Below are positions 18,185 through 27,860 of a stretch of DNA of 64,000 nt, piece after piece. Under the pieces are notes generated by a model that saw only the letters and a program-made list of their open reading frames with translations, was not told the DNA's origin and did no database searches. The first letter of the stretch is position 1, and each line of letters begins with the position of its first letter. The translations under genes were made by a program, and so were the position numbers. The stretch is taken from positions 124,001 to 188,000 of IMG/VR virus record IMGVR_UViG_3300047558_000137. The stretch is one strand, 5' to 3'.

Positions 18185-19107
18185 TATTCTTCAATCTGTG
18201 TTAATTCTACTAGAGTTGCGCTTACATTAATTTCTGGGTCTGCAACTTGTCCGTGATGCAGTATACCTTTCTTAATAACAAGAATGGCAGCATCTTGTCC
18301 TTCTGGGGTAGTGGCCCAGAGTTCTAAGTTATCATACATCCAACGGAACATTTCGTTAATGTCCTCAGTTGATGCTTGATTACAAATAATTTCTCTAGCT
18401 TCGCGGATCTTCTTACGCTTTAATAATTCAACAGCTTCTAGTTTCCATTCCTTAACGCCACGATCGTTTGAGCTCGGGTTAATTAGTTTTCCTGTTGTGC
18501 TGTTGGGTTGCAATAAATTTAAACATTTACGCAGATCTGGGTATGTTGCCTTAACATAACTGTCTAGTGTGTCTAATTCAAAATCTACGCCTTCTGTTAC
18601 AAGAATAGTTGCAACACGGGCAGTAAATTCAGTAATGTCAGTTTTGTCAATGTGGAATCCTTGGCAACGACTATGTAACGCTGGCATAATCTTTTGCGGC
18701 ATATTACAAGTAAAGATAAAACGTGCTTGGCTTGCGTAGGTTTCTAACAGACCACGCATAATTCCCTGTGCGTTATAACTTAGAAAATCTGCTTCGTCTA
18801 GTAATACAACTTTAAATCGGCCAAATGGCATTGTTTGTACAAAGCCTTCAACCTTGGTTTTAATAAAGTCTACACCGTTATCACGACTTGCGTTAATTTG
18901 TAATACATCGTACTCGTCGATGCCTAGCTCGTTAATTAATATCTTAGCAAGAGTTGTTTTACCAGTACCTGGACTACCGCTTAGTAAAATGTGCGGAATA
19001 GTTTTGTCTTTAATCCAACTTAACACCTGTTGACGTTGGCGCTCATCTGTAAAGACATAATCGTCAACAGTCTTGGGTCTATATTTCTCGGTCCATAATT
19101 CTATCAT
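18184..19107 (-). CDS. Sliding-clamp loader AAA+ subunit (RFC small / T4 gp44-like)
   Basis: WTEKYRP, GSPGTGKT, INAS, LLDEAD, SRC, PDLRK. Confidence 0.92.
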   Translation of the reverse strand: MIELWTEKYRPKTVDDYVFTDERQRQQVLSWIKDKTIPHILLSGSPGTGKTTLAKILINELGIDEYDVLQINASRDNGVDFIKTKVEGFVQTMPFGRFKVVLLDEADFLSYNAQGIMRGLLETYASQARFIFTCNMPQKIMPALHSRCQGFHIDKTDITEFTARVATILVTEGVDFELDTLDSYVKATYPDLRKCLNLLQPNSTTGKLINPSSNDRGVKEWKLEAVELLKRKKIREAREIICNQASTEDINEMFRWMYDNLELWATTPEGQDAAILVIKKGILHHGQVADPEINVSATLVELTQIEE

Positions 19108-19278
19108 ACGTTTCTTAATCCTATTCTACTGTATCCTAAACTGCTACGTAATTCTTTTTTGTTTGCACGTTCTTCGACTCTACGCTTTTTCTCAGGGTCT
19201 TCCATGCACACCCAGCAATCACAATACCGACGATGCCTTTGTTGATTTCGTTTTTGCCCTAGATCTCTATTGCGTCTA

Positions 19279-19491
19279 TCACTCATATCTGCTTCCCGGT
19301 TGTCCTGGATCGTTGCTGTTTGTGCAGGCCAGGTTATGATCTGTTGCTCTAGGGCATCGTTTATTGCCGCATGTGGGACATACAATGAATCTACTCATAG
19401 TAACTGGCATTAGTGTAACAGGATCTATTAACTTGCTCAAACAGTTATAGCACCAACACTTCATACCAGTTCTTCTAGTATTCCCAAACAT
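19279..19491 (-). CDS. Small Cys-rich hypothetical protein
   Basis: CWCYNC...CPTCGNKRCPRATDH..C. Confidence 0.55.
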   Translation of the reverse strand: MFGNTRRTGMKCWCYNCLSKLIDPVTLMPVTMSRFIVCPTCGNKRCPRATDHNLACTNSNDPGQPGSRYE

Positions 19492-19736
19492 TCTGCTAAT
19501 CCTAGTAGGCCTGCTGTTACCTTAAGCCATGCACCCAACAATGCAGGATCTGCACCTGCTAGAAATAATGTTACACAGGCAGTAAGGCGTAGAAAACTTT
19601 TTACAAGACTAATGTAAAAGTGTCCGGGGCTAGTATCTTTTGGTTGAATTTCTATCATAGGTTTCCTATGTGGACAACGTCCTTGATTGTAGTCGCAATC
19701 AGCATGTATTTCATGCCTGCAGGTATCACACTTCAT
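19461..19736 (-). CDS. Hypothetical membrane protein
   Basis: HFYISLVKSFLR...LGILEELV hydrophobic C-terminus. Confidence 0.5.
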   Translation of the reverse strand: MKCDTCRHEIHADCDYNQGRCPHRKPMIEIQPKDTSPGHFYISLVKSFLRLTACVTLFLAGADPALLGAWLKVTAGLLGLAECLGILEELV

Positions 19737-19965
19737 TAAAAAGCTCTTTTAGTTTTTGAGTTGCAGCAGGATCTAAGATCCATGTAAATTTTACTTGTTC
19801 ATCGTCGGGATTGCGAGCGGCATTGTATACTGTTGTTACCTGTAAATGATACCAGCCTGCATGTTGTGGATTTTCAAGCGGAGTTAACTCTGCGTAAGTG
19901 TGGATCTCACCACTGTTGTCAATTAGTTTTTTCATTAAGTCTTTTCCACATGATAGTTTTATCAA
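19726..19965 (-). CDS. Hypothetical protein
   Basis: ORF track. Confidence 0.5.
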   Translation of the reverse strand: MIKLSCGKDLMKKLIDNSGEIHTYAELTPLENPQHAGWYHLQVTTVYNAARNPDDEQVKFTWILDPAATQKLKELFNEV

Positions 19966-20164
19966 GTTGTTCTATAAATTCTTCTTCGCCGGCGAATACG
20001 GGTGCAGTTCTTAAAATTTCATCGAGTTGATATTTTAGTATAAGCAAGTCTTGTTTACAATGCCATTGAGTAAATCCATCATTGTAACCACTATTCATTT
20101 GTGCCGCGCAGGCATCGACTTGACGCTGGAGATCTCCAACATCCCATCTTTTAATAAAACTCAT
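19919..20164 (-). CDS. Hypothetical protein
   Basis: ORF track. Confidence 0.55.
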   Translation of the reverse strand: MSFIKRWDVGDLQRQVDACAAQMNSGYNDGFTQWHCKQDLLILKYQLDEILRTAPVFAGEEEFIEQLDKTIMWKRLNEKTN

Positions 20165-20166
20165 GT

Positions 20167-20538
20167 TTACCAGCGGTCTTTTGTGTCAGACAAAATAGCA
20201 TCGCTAATATTGTCATCACTTGGTTGTTCATCGGACACCATTAAAATATCATTAGTGTCGATGCGTCGAATTGTTTTTTCGCCTTCTGCATCTTCAATCT
20301 TAACACCACGTGTCCAACGACCGTGACTGATTAAGATCCATTGTCCGACTGTAATATCTTTCTGCTTTGGGCCAATAGCATATACTTGTGCCCAACGTGG
20401 ACGAATGCCGGCTGTACGTAAATCGTCGCCAAGTAATAGTAGTCCACTGCTTAGTGTGCGCCCACCAAAGTTCATATCTGCAACCAATACATGGTCGTTT
20501 AGGGCTCGAATATCATTTACTTTAATTGAATCAAACAT
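20167..20538 (-). CDS. groES: GroES-like co-chaperonin (T4 gp31-like role)
   Basis: IRALNDHVLV...SSGLLL...VYAIGP...ITVGQWIL...IDTNDIL. Confidence 0.75.
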   Translation of the reverse strand: MFDSIKVNDIRALNDHVLVADMNFGGRTLSSGLLLLGDDLRTAGIRPRWAQVYAIGPKQKDITVGQWILISHGRWTRGVKIEDAEGEKTIRRIDTNDILMVSDEQPSDDNISDAILSDTKDRW

Positions 20539-20540
20539 AA

Positions 20541-20987
20541 TTAAATTCTTGTAGGTCCTGATGCTTTCTTAGGGTTAGGCATTGGCGCCTGTGTAACTGT
20601 TTGTGTTTTAGCAACACTACTGGCCAAACTACCACGTGCAGATGGTTGAATTGGGCTGGACTGATCTGGAATAGGGGTAGACTCGGGACTAGTTGTTTGA
20701 ACTAGATTTTGTGCCAAATTGTGCAATTCTTGTGCTCTATTTTGCTCAACGATAGATTGTGTGCGAGCAAATGATGTTGGGTCATTGGGACTATATGGTG
20801 CTTCTTCAACAGCGTATACTTGATCCATTAACTGATTTCTTCCAGCAGCAATAGTGCCCTGGGCACCTAATAAGTCACCACGAGCGTTAACTCGCATATT
20901 TCCTACCGCAGTGGTATCTTCGTTTGACAATTTAATTTTGTCAAAGTCGACTGTTTTTCCTCTGGCAGTTTTATATAGTTTAGACAT
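20541..20987 (-). CDS. Hypothetical protein
   Basis: AAGGAG SD and TATAAATA upstream. Confidence 0.6.
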   Translation of the reverse strand: MSKLYKTARGKTVDFDKIKLSNEDTTAVGNMRVNARGDLLGAQGTIAAGRNQLMDQVYAVEEAPYSPNDPTSFARTQSIVEQNRAQELHNLAQNLVQTTSPESTPIPDQSSPIQPSARGSLASSVAKTQTVTQAPMPNPKKASGPTRI

Positions 20988-21023
20988 AAGTCTCCTTAAA
21001 ATGGTATTTATAAACTACGTAGT

Positions 21024-21536
21024 TTACTTTAAAAATTCCTCTATTGGTAGATCATAATAGATACTATCAATTTTGTGTACTCCTATTAAGTACAACACAT
21101 AACTTGCAACACTAGATCCTCGACCTAGCCCCCACACTATGTTATTTGTTCTAAATGTATCCACTAGATATTTTAGATAACGCAACAAATTAAATGCATC
21201 ACGCTCTTGAAATAATAATAACTCTTGGCCAACACGCTGTAATTCGGGCTCTGTACTGCATTGATCTAATACCCATTTAGCAATATCCATAGTTTTATAT
21301 TCTTCAGGCATGTGCCAATGGCTTTGCATGGCCTGATCAAATTGATCTATATCAATGTCATTGGCTTCGTATTTTTTCAACGAGGGCATGTCTGCATACA
21401 TGGCACGTACTGATGAATTATAGTATTCTGGATCTAGTACAAAAAACTTTGAAAGATCTAGATCAGGATTTTGATATAACAAATCAGCAAGTTCCTTAGT
21501 ATCAGTGTATGCTACGCCGCATTGATCGTACATCAT
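21024..21536 (-). CDS. DNA polymerase III alpha (DnaE) fragment, stand-alone 170 aa
   Basis: WGLGRGSSVASYVLYLIGVHKID...EEFLK aligns to DnaE GRGS.AGSLVAY.L.IT..DP...L.FERFL. Confidence 0.8.
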   Translation of the reverse strand: MMYDQCGVAYTDTKELADLLYQNPDLDLSKFFVLDPEYYNSSVRAMYADMPSLKKYEANDIDIDQFDQAMQSHWHMPEEYKTMDIAKWVLDQCSTEPELQRVGQELLLFQERDAFNLLRYLKYLVDTFRTNNIVWGLGRGSSVASYVLYLIGVHKIDSIYYDLPIEEFLK

Positions 21537-21769
21537 TGAATGTCAATAATATTCTTAAATTGCTTGGAGTTCTTTTCCATATCAGCAAGAGCTTTGGCAT
21601 TACGCCGGCTAATTTCTTCCTGGTATCCTACTTGCAACAATTGTAACTGTTGTACCATGTCAGGTCTACCCCACTGGTAGGCCTTGGTCATCCGTGATAT
21701 AAGATCACCATATTGTTTATGTAAGTCATCATTTGATAACTCAGTTAGACTTGGTTGTAATGGATGCAT
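21533..21769 (-). CDS. Hypothetical helical protein
   Basis: ORF track, coupled. Confidence 0.6.
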   Translation of the reverse strand: MHPLQPSLTELSNDDLHKQYGDLISRMTKAYQWGRPDMVQQLQLLQVGYQEEISRRNAKALADMEKNSKQFKNIIDIQ

Positions 21770-22053
21770 TATTGTGTACAGGTTCTAGTAATAGTTACAG
21801 TACCGTCCGGCTGTTGTATCTGTGTCCACGGACTGCAATTTTGCTGTTGCTGTATGATCACAGGTGGTTGTTGTGTAACTATTACAGGAGGCACAGGTCT
21901 TGTTGCTTCATAGACAATAATGCCGCCAACAACAGCCGGCGCCATCCAGTACCAATTACTTCCGCCGCCACGGTGCCAATGCCCGTGATGATGATGTTGG
22001 GCAATGGCTCCAGAGCATATAGTTAATAATGCAATTGCTAAGATTTTACGCAT
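21769..22053 (-). CDS. Secreted His/Gly/Pro-rich small protein
   Basis: Signal peptide, HHHHGHWHRGGG, PVPPVIV. Confidence 0.55.
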   Translation of the reverse strand: MRKILAIALLTICSGAIAQHHHHGHWHRGGGSNWYWMAPAVVGGIIVYEATRPVPPVIVTQQPPVIIQQQQNCSPWTQIQQPDGTVTITRTCTQ

Positions 22054-22061
22054 AGAGTTCC

Positions 22062-22250
22062 TTAAGGATTGTCTAGGCCGTTAAGATCTATCCAGTTTAC
22101 AGTTTGCTTAACTTCTTCGCCTTTTATATATGCCTGTAAATCTGACATTGTTTGTTCTGGCATCACACAAACCCAATTAGCACCTTGCTTTTGAAAAGCT
22201 AATTTTGCGTGTCCACCTTCAAATTGAACATCAATGTACTTTAAATTCAC
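22062..22250 (-). CDS. Hypothetical protein
   Basis: ORF track. Confidence 0.5.
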   Translation of the reverse strand: MNLKYIDVQFEGGHAKLAFQKQGANWVCVMPEQTMSDLQAYIKGEEVKQTVNWIDLNGLDNP

Positions 22251-22660
22251 AGATCACCTTCTTTGCGATTTTCGCTGTAGTGTGCATCAAATGTGCCACC
22301 TGGATAACGGCTCTCTAACTTATTTACGTTTTCTTGAATAACATCATTAGGATTTAAGCCCAATGCAGTACATGCATCAGTCCAATACCAAATAATATCG
22401 CCAAGTTCACGTTTCATATGAAAGATTTCTGCGTCAGTAAGTGGCTTGCCCTGGAACAAGATTTTCTTAACAATCTCACTAAATTCGCCGCCTTCGCTGG
22501 CTAAGCCAATACTAGCAGTCATTAACAAGCTGATGTTAACGTTAGTTGAATTACGTAGTTCGTTAATTCTACGTAGCAAATCATCAAAGTTCATTGACTC
22601 TCTGCTGGTCACTGCTGCGACAAATTTTTGATATTTTTCTAAATCGATTTGATTACTCAT
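22247..22660 (-). CDS. mazG: MazG-like NTP pyrophosphohydrolase
   Basis: GLASEGGEFSEIVKK...RELGDIIWY...NVNKLESRY. Confidence 0.85.
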   Translation of the reverse strand: MSNQIDLEKYQKFVAAVTSRESMNFDDLLRRINELRNSTNVNISLLMTASIGLASEGGEFSEIVKKILFQGKPLTDAEIFHMKRELGDIIWYWTDACTALGLNPNDVIQENVNKLESRYPGGTFDAHYSENRKEGDL

Positions 22661-22719
22661 AAGAAACTCCTAATGATGCTAGTATACACATACATCAATT
22701 AGGAGTCAATTAGTTTGGT

Positions 22720-24189
22720 TTAACGCAAGTACCAGGTGCTGTTTGGACTGTTATACAACAATTCAATGCTTAGGTTACCACTGGTAAACTTGTTGGTTGG
22801 AACCCAAAGGATAGCTGAACTATCACTGGTGTTTACGTTAGCGTAGGTAATCGGGCTGGTTGTACTAATTCTAAATGTCTGTCCATTTGCAGGATATGGT
22901 GGCAATGTGATGTTAGCCACGGATACTGTTGCAGAACTTGTACTTGTAATAATAACACCACTTACATAAATGTTAGCAACAAACTGGTTGTTACCTACAG
23001 TGTTAAATGTCTTAACCATTGTACCAGCATCAACACGGGCACCATTTGATATTAATTGACCCTGTACTGTAACGTTGCCCATTGCTGTCATGCTTTGGTC
23101 ATTGTTAATACTTACGGCCTGTAGTTTTTGTTGCTCAACAGTTCCGCCATCTGGGCTAGTAAAGAATGCAATATTACCACCTAGACCGTACTGTACGTTT
23201 GAGCCTGTAGCAAAGAAGTCAATACTGGCTGTTTGTTGGAATGCATTACCGCCAGTGATGCCTGTGCCATTGCCAGTAAATGCTAACGCATTAACATAAC
23301 CTAGTAGATCAGCACTCTTAACTGGTTCTATAGATGCGTATGACTGTAAACTACCACGTGCGGCTGTAACAGTATATCCACCCATTGGGCCATTGTCTGT
23401 TTGATAATAACTTACGTTAGCCAATGTTAAGTTACCGACCATAACACTATTATGACTTCCGTATGTGCTCACAACATCTTGACCTTGCTCAAGAGCTTTA
23501 ACTGTGTTTAGATCATTATAATCATTGAAGCCAATTAACAATGTGCTGTTTTCATCGGGGTTGTAGTAAATGTGGTGATCACGGAAACTGGCACGATCTC
23601 TAGTTAAGTCAAAAATCAAATAGTTAGTACCACCATCAACACTACTAATATCAAAAACAAAATCGCCGGTGGCATCAAATGTTATGCTGTTAGTGCCAGA
23701 ATCATATCCTGCAATATCGCCGACACCAACTGAAACGCTGGCAGGTAATGTTAGAGTGTGGTCAGTATCTGTAATTACAACCCATATACGCATTGAACCA
23801 TAGCCAATTGCGTTTGCACCAGTACTTGCTGGCCAATTAGTAAAATCAAGACTAAATGAACTACCTGAAGTAATTTTATGAAAGTTAGCAACGTTAAAGT
23901 CTAGTGTAACACTGGTACTAATAACGTTATGATCAAATAGTGTTTCAGTCCAAGCAGCCAATTGTGGTCTGCGTAGCACTGTACCAGCCATGTCATTTTC
24001 AAATTGAGTTTGGCCATTTAGTGCGCTGGTTAATACAACTTTACCTTGCAAATCGTTAATTTCGTTTTGTGCAAAGATAAAGTTATTTTTTATGTTTGTA
24101 AAGTTATCACGAAAGCCCTGGCTTGAGTTATCTTGCCCAGCTACCGGATAGGTACCATCAATGTTGTATGGATTAATGTTTGATGCCAT
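22720..24189 (-). CDS. Virion structural protein (baseplate/tail)
   Basis: N-terminal YPVAGQDNSSQGFRDNF shared with next gene; Gly/Thr/Asn-rich. Confidence 0.6.
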   Translation of the reverse strand: MASNINPYNIDGTYPVAGQDNSSQGFRDNFTNIKNNFIFAQNEINDLQGKVVLTSALNGQTQFENDMAGTVLRRPQLAAWTETLFDHNVISTSVTLDFNVANFHKITSGSSFSLDFTNWPASTGANAIGYGSMRIWVVITDTDHTLTLPASVSVGVGDIAGYDSGTNSITFDATGDFVFDISSVDGGTNYLIFDLTRDRASFRDHHIYYNPDENSTLLIGFNDYNDLNTVKALEQGQDVVSTYGSHNSVMVGNLTLANVSYYQTDNGPMGGYTVTAARGSLQSYASIEPVKSADLLGYVNALAFTGNGTGITGGNAFQQTASIDFFATGSNVQYGLGGNIAFFTSPDGGTVEQQKLQAVSINNDQSMTAMGNVTVQGQLISNGARVDAGTMVKTFNTVGNNQFVANIYVSGVIITSTSSATVSVANITLPPYPANGQTFRISTTSPITYANVNTSDSSAILWVPTNKFTSGNLSIELLYNSPNSTWYLR

Positions 24190-24227
24190 TTATGTTGTCC
24201 CAAATTATTAAGTATTTATCTGTTATT

Positions 24228-24521
24228 TTACCAGGTAGCAAATGTTGCTCTAACCCAGGTATTAGTTGCAATACAGATATACAGATGAGTGTTATCACGT
24301 GCCAATTGTCCGGTTATTCCGGTGTCTGACGCAGTAGTTGGCACACTAGTCCAAGTTGGGGTAGTATCTAAAATAGATTGTATGTTGGAAATTTCTGACT
24401 TAGCAACAACAAAGTTGTTTTTGATGTTACTGAAGTTATCACGAAATCCCTGCGTGTCATTGTCTTGACCGGCAATAGGATATGTGATGTCAATGTTTGT
24501 TGGGTTAATGTTAGAAGCCAT
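24228..24521 (-). CDS. Small virion structural protein
   Basis: MASNINP..YPIAGQDNDTQGFRDNF; C-terminal G..G.LA.D..HLYIC.ATNTW. Confidence 0.6.
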   Translation of the reverse strand: MASNINPTNIDITYPIAGQDNDTQGFRDNFSNIKNNFVVAKSEISNIQSILDTTPTWTSVPTTASDTGITGQLARDNTHLYICIATNTWVRATFATW

Positions 24522-27500
24522 TATTTAAATACTCCGTATTGTGGAAATTTAAGATATTTATCTTGACTTCCTGGTGCGTAATATTGATCACGACGTGATA
24601 TAAACTTAGTTGTACCACCATTGAATGTGGTTGGTTCACTAATTGCAGATTTAGTTAATAGATATGTTTTATATGACGGAACTGTTTGTCCGTTAAGTAG
24701 TATTGGGTCGTAGTAGAGAACTGAGCTGGCACGAGACTTGCCCCCTAATACTTGAACTCGATCATTTGGGGTTATTTCTTGTATAGAGCTCAAATAGACA
24801 ATGTCATTAATTATATTAATTTGCCAAACTCCGGCACGTTGATTTGTAGCAGCCGTTCCTTGTGCTTTTTCTAAATAACCAGGAACAACAGTATAAGAAT
24901 CATAGGCTGTGACACCATATCCTTCAACTACAGTAGTTGAAATGTTATCACCAATCCAGGCATCAAAATAATTTACCCATCCGTCGTACGGCCCCACGTT
25001 ACTAAAGTTTTCTTGTTTAGCAAAAACCATAGTAGAACCAGATGTGTAATTTAACACGCCATCGATACCTCCTCTGGCATTTATATAACTGATAGGTCGT
25101 CCATTTATTTCACTAAATGGTACGTTAACTGCGTAATCAACTCTAGCAACAATTGATCCAACGTTTTTAGTTGGCAGATAATCAAATGTAGTTTCTTTGC
25201 CCGGTAAGTAGGAATTTGAAACTGGATCAAAATATTTACTATATGTATCTTCAACTTGATAACGGTCTATACTAAATTCAATGTTATTAAAGTTTATTCC
25301 GGCATTCTTTAAACGGTATGCAATTAATTTACTTGTACCAGGAATAGTGTAGGCCAATACGGCCGCTTTAGTATATCCCAGTGGTGTTTTAAATTTTGTA
25401 CTGTCTGTTGGATCAGGCTGATTACTTGCCATCCATGGTGGCAAACTACTTTGGTCAATGTATCCTATGCCTTGCTCAAGACGCTTAATCATATTTTCTG
25501 AACTATTAGGATATACCACAGTGTATGGTTGACCATCTTCGTCTATATATGGATTAGATATATCTGCAGACAAATCTAATGTCAATGCTGCACCATGCCC
25601 ATCGGCATTTTCTGCTGGATCAACAATGTTTATATACACCACTTCGTATTTTACATTGTAATATTCATCCAATACTACCGCAGTTTGCACTCCGTCGAAA
25701 CTGTAACGCTTAGTCCAGTGGTTACTTGTTATGGCTGTTTGATAATCGCTTAATTCTTTAGTCGTCAATCCAGACAACATCAGCATTTCAATATTTTTTC
25801 TAACACCGAACCATGGGTCAGTGGGTCTATAGATAATAGCAGGATCAAATATGTTTGTATCAGTAATGATAGAATTATAAATTTGTCTTTGGTCGTTGGC
25901 CGGCAACGCTTTTAAATATAGATTCTCGTAAGGTTTAGAATTTATAATATTCAATGATATAGTAAATTCTTGTATAGAGGTAGCAGAATTATCATTTGTA
26001 CTTGCAAGAACTGTAAATTTATAAGTTCTGTCAATTGTGGTTGTGTTTTTATCAAACGTAGTTGTATAGTCATCAATTGTTGATGCCTCAAAACTAACTC
26101 TTCCGCTTATATCACCGGATGGTAATAGTGTTAGCCCCTGAGGTAATCTAGCAGATAAACCAGATTTATCATAAATTGAGTAGGTCAATGGCTTTCCAAT
26201 AATACTACGTGCTTTAACTGAAAGCTCGCTAACTGTACCATTATCAATTGACCCAAGATTTGGAGATGTTTGCCATTCAATGATATTGTTAATATCACCC
26301 AATACATTTAATGTAAAGTAAATCGGAACACTAGAGTAATCTACTTCGTCAACAGTCTTAGTTACAACAACACCAAATGTATATGATGTCAATGACTCTG
26401 TTTGTGGATCTAATTTTCCGTACAGCCATCCTGTGTTGGCATCCAATAATAATCCAGGTAAGTTATTAGTTCCGCTACCGCCGGGGTCAAAACTGTCGAA
26501 ACTTCCTGGTAATCCATTGTTAGTTGGCAATTGTTCCAGTGGATCAAATCCCGAATCATCATCAAATGTTCCAATGGTGTTTGCCAATGAATATGTTAAA
26601 TCATAATTTTGAAAATCAAATCCATCAAACTTAAAAGCATAATAGCTGTCTTGACGACCAACTGGTAAGACTCTCGATGTGTTTAATAAAACAGGTAGAT
26701 ATTGGTTTAAGCTATCAACTGTTATATACGTATCATTGATTTTGTTTGTACTGTCTGCTGTAAATCCACCGCGGCTAACAACCTGTAGTGAATAATCTTG
26801 TATGTCATAGTTAGCACCATCATACGCCTGTACAGTAAAACTATAGGTTAGGCTCTGATTTAATTGGTTAAAGTCGTAGGGACCGAAATCGTAATCCTGT
26901 ACATCAGTTTGTATACCACCTGAATCAACTACATCCCCGTCAAATCCTGCAGGCCCCCATGCACCTACTAGTTGCAATGGTTGTATATAGCCGCTTAACA
27001 AGCCTGTGTTAGATAAAGTTATACCTGTTGGCAAAGATCCACCAACAATAGACCACTGTATTACCACAGCTGGGTTAGATTCTAATACTTGTAACTGCTG
27101 ACTATAGTATCCGCCGTCAAAATATGTTCCTAGATTTTTAGAACCTGGACTACTTGGTTCAACTGTTGGGCCATATACGTTAGTTAATGTTATACTAAAC
27201 GAACGATCATTGATATGACCAAGATCGTTTGTTGCTCTGACACTAAATCTGAAATTTTGACTTTGATCAACTGCAATGGAATTTAAAAATGTAGGTACAC
27301 CTTGTAATATTCCAGTGCGTGTTAATTCCATTCCCGGCGGCAACTCGCCGGATATTACTTTGTATGTGATAGTTTGTCCAGATGGACCTTGTGCTGTTAA
27401 TTGTAAAGAAAAATATTCCGAGTTTGGTACAGTGGCTAACAGTCCGGGTGGGGTAACCCATTGAAAGTCTCGGTTAACTGTATTAGTGATAGATATGTAA

Positions 27501-27859
27501 AAGTTACCATCAATTACTTTTCCTTCAGCACTTCTCGCTCTTATAATAAAATTATAATCTAAGCGATCAAAGTAATTATTAGATGGAGTTGAGTAAACGG
27601 GAGTTCCTGATATTACACCAACATAGTCATGGGCAACAATTTGTCCATAGTATGGACTACCCGGGTCAGTGACAACAGGACCTTTATCAACAGTAGTTAA
27701 GGTCAGTCCCGGTGGCAAGTCTCCACTTATTTTAGTAAATGTATACTCTGTGCCGGGATAGTCAGTATCTGCCACTAGTAATTGTACACTAGCAGGCAAT
27801 CCGATAAGAAAATCACCTAAACTACCCGGTGTTGTTACCCAACTTAATTTTGTTGCCAT
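24521..27859 (-). CDS. Baseplate wedge-like protein with Ig-like repeats
   Basis: Repeated W.T.PG.L, SG.LP.GLTL...G.ISG.P, F.F.VRA modules; 1112 aa. Confidence 0.65.
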   Translation of the reverse strand: MATKLSWVTTPGSLGDFLIGLPASVQLLVADTDYPGTEYTFTKISGDLPPGLTLTTVDKGPVVTDPGSPYYGQIVAHDYVGVISGTPVYSTPSNNYFDRLDYNFIIRARSAEGKVIDGNFYISITNTVNRDFQWVTPPGLLATVPNSEYFSLQLTAQGPSGQTITYKVISGELPPGMELTRTGILQGVPTFLNSIAVDQSQNFRFSVRATNDLGHINDRSFSITLTNVYGPTVEPSSPGSKNLGTYFDGGYYSQQLQVLESNPAVVIQWSIVGGSLPTGITLSNTGLLSGYIQPLQLVGAWGPAGFDGDVVDSGGIQTDVQDYDFGPYDFNQLNQSLTYSFTVQAYDGANYDIQDYSLQVVSRGGFTADSTNKINDTYITVDSLNQYLPVLLNTSRVLPVGRQDSYYAFKFDGFDFQNYDLTYSLANTIGTFDDDSGFDPLEQLPTNNGLPGSFDSFDPGGSGTNNLPGLLLDANTGWLYGKLDPQTESLTSYTFGVVVTKTVDEVDYSSVPIYFTLNVLGDINNIIEWQTSPNLGSIDNGTVSELSVKARSIIGKPLTYSIYDKSGLSARLPQGLTLLPSGDISGRVSFEASTIDDYTTTFDKNTTTIDRTYKFTVLASTNDNSATSIQEFTISLNIINSKPYENLYLKALPANDQRQIYNSIITDTNIFDPAIIYRPTDPWFGVRKNIEMLMLSGLTTKELSDYQTAITSNHWTKRYSFDGVQTAVVLDEYYNVKYEVVYINIVDPAENADGHGAALTLDLSADISNPYIDEDGQPYTVVYPNSSENMIKRLEQGIGYIDQSSLPPWMASNQPDPTDSTKFKTPLGYTKAAVLAYTIPGTSKLIAYRLKNAGINFNNIEFSIDRYQVEDTYSKYFDPVSNSYLPGKETTFDYLPTKNVGSIVARVDYAVNVPFSEINGRPISYINARGGIDGVLNYTSGSTMVFAKQENFSNVGPYDGWVNYFDAWIGDNISTTVVEGYGVTAYDSYTVVPGYLEKAQGTAATNQRAGVWQINIINDIVYLSSIQEITPNDRVQVLGGKSRASSVLYYDPILLNGQTVPSYKTYLLTKSAISEPTTFNGGTTKFISRRDQYYAPGSQDKYLKFPQYGVFK

Positions 27860-27860
27860 A

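Noticed and set aside
21024-21536. Split intein in the DnaE fragment
   Set aside because: No intein N-terminal Cys/Ser block or other intein motifs follow; the ORF simply ends
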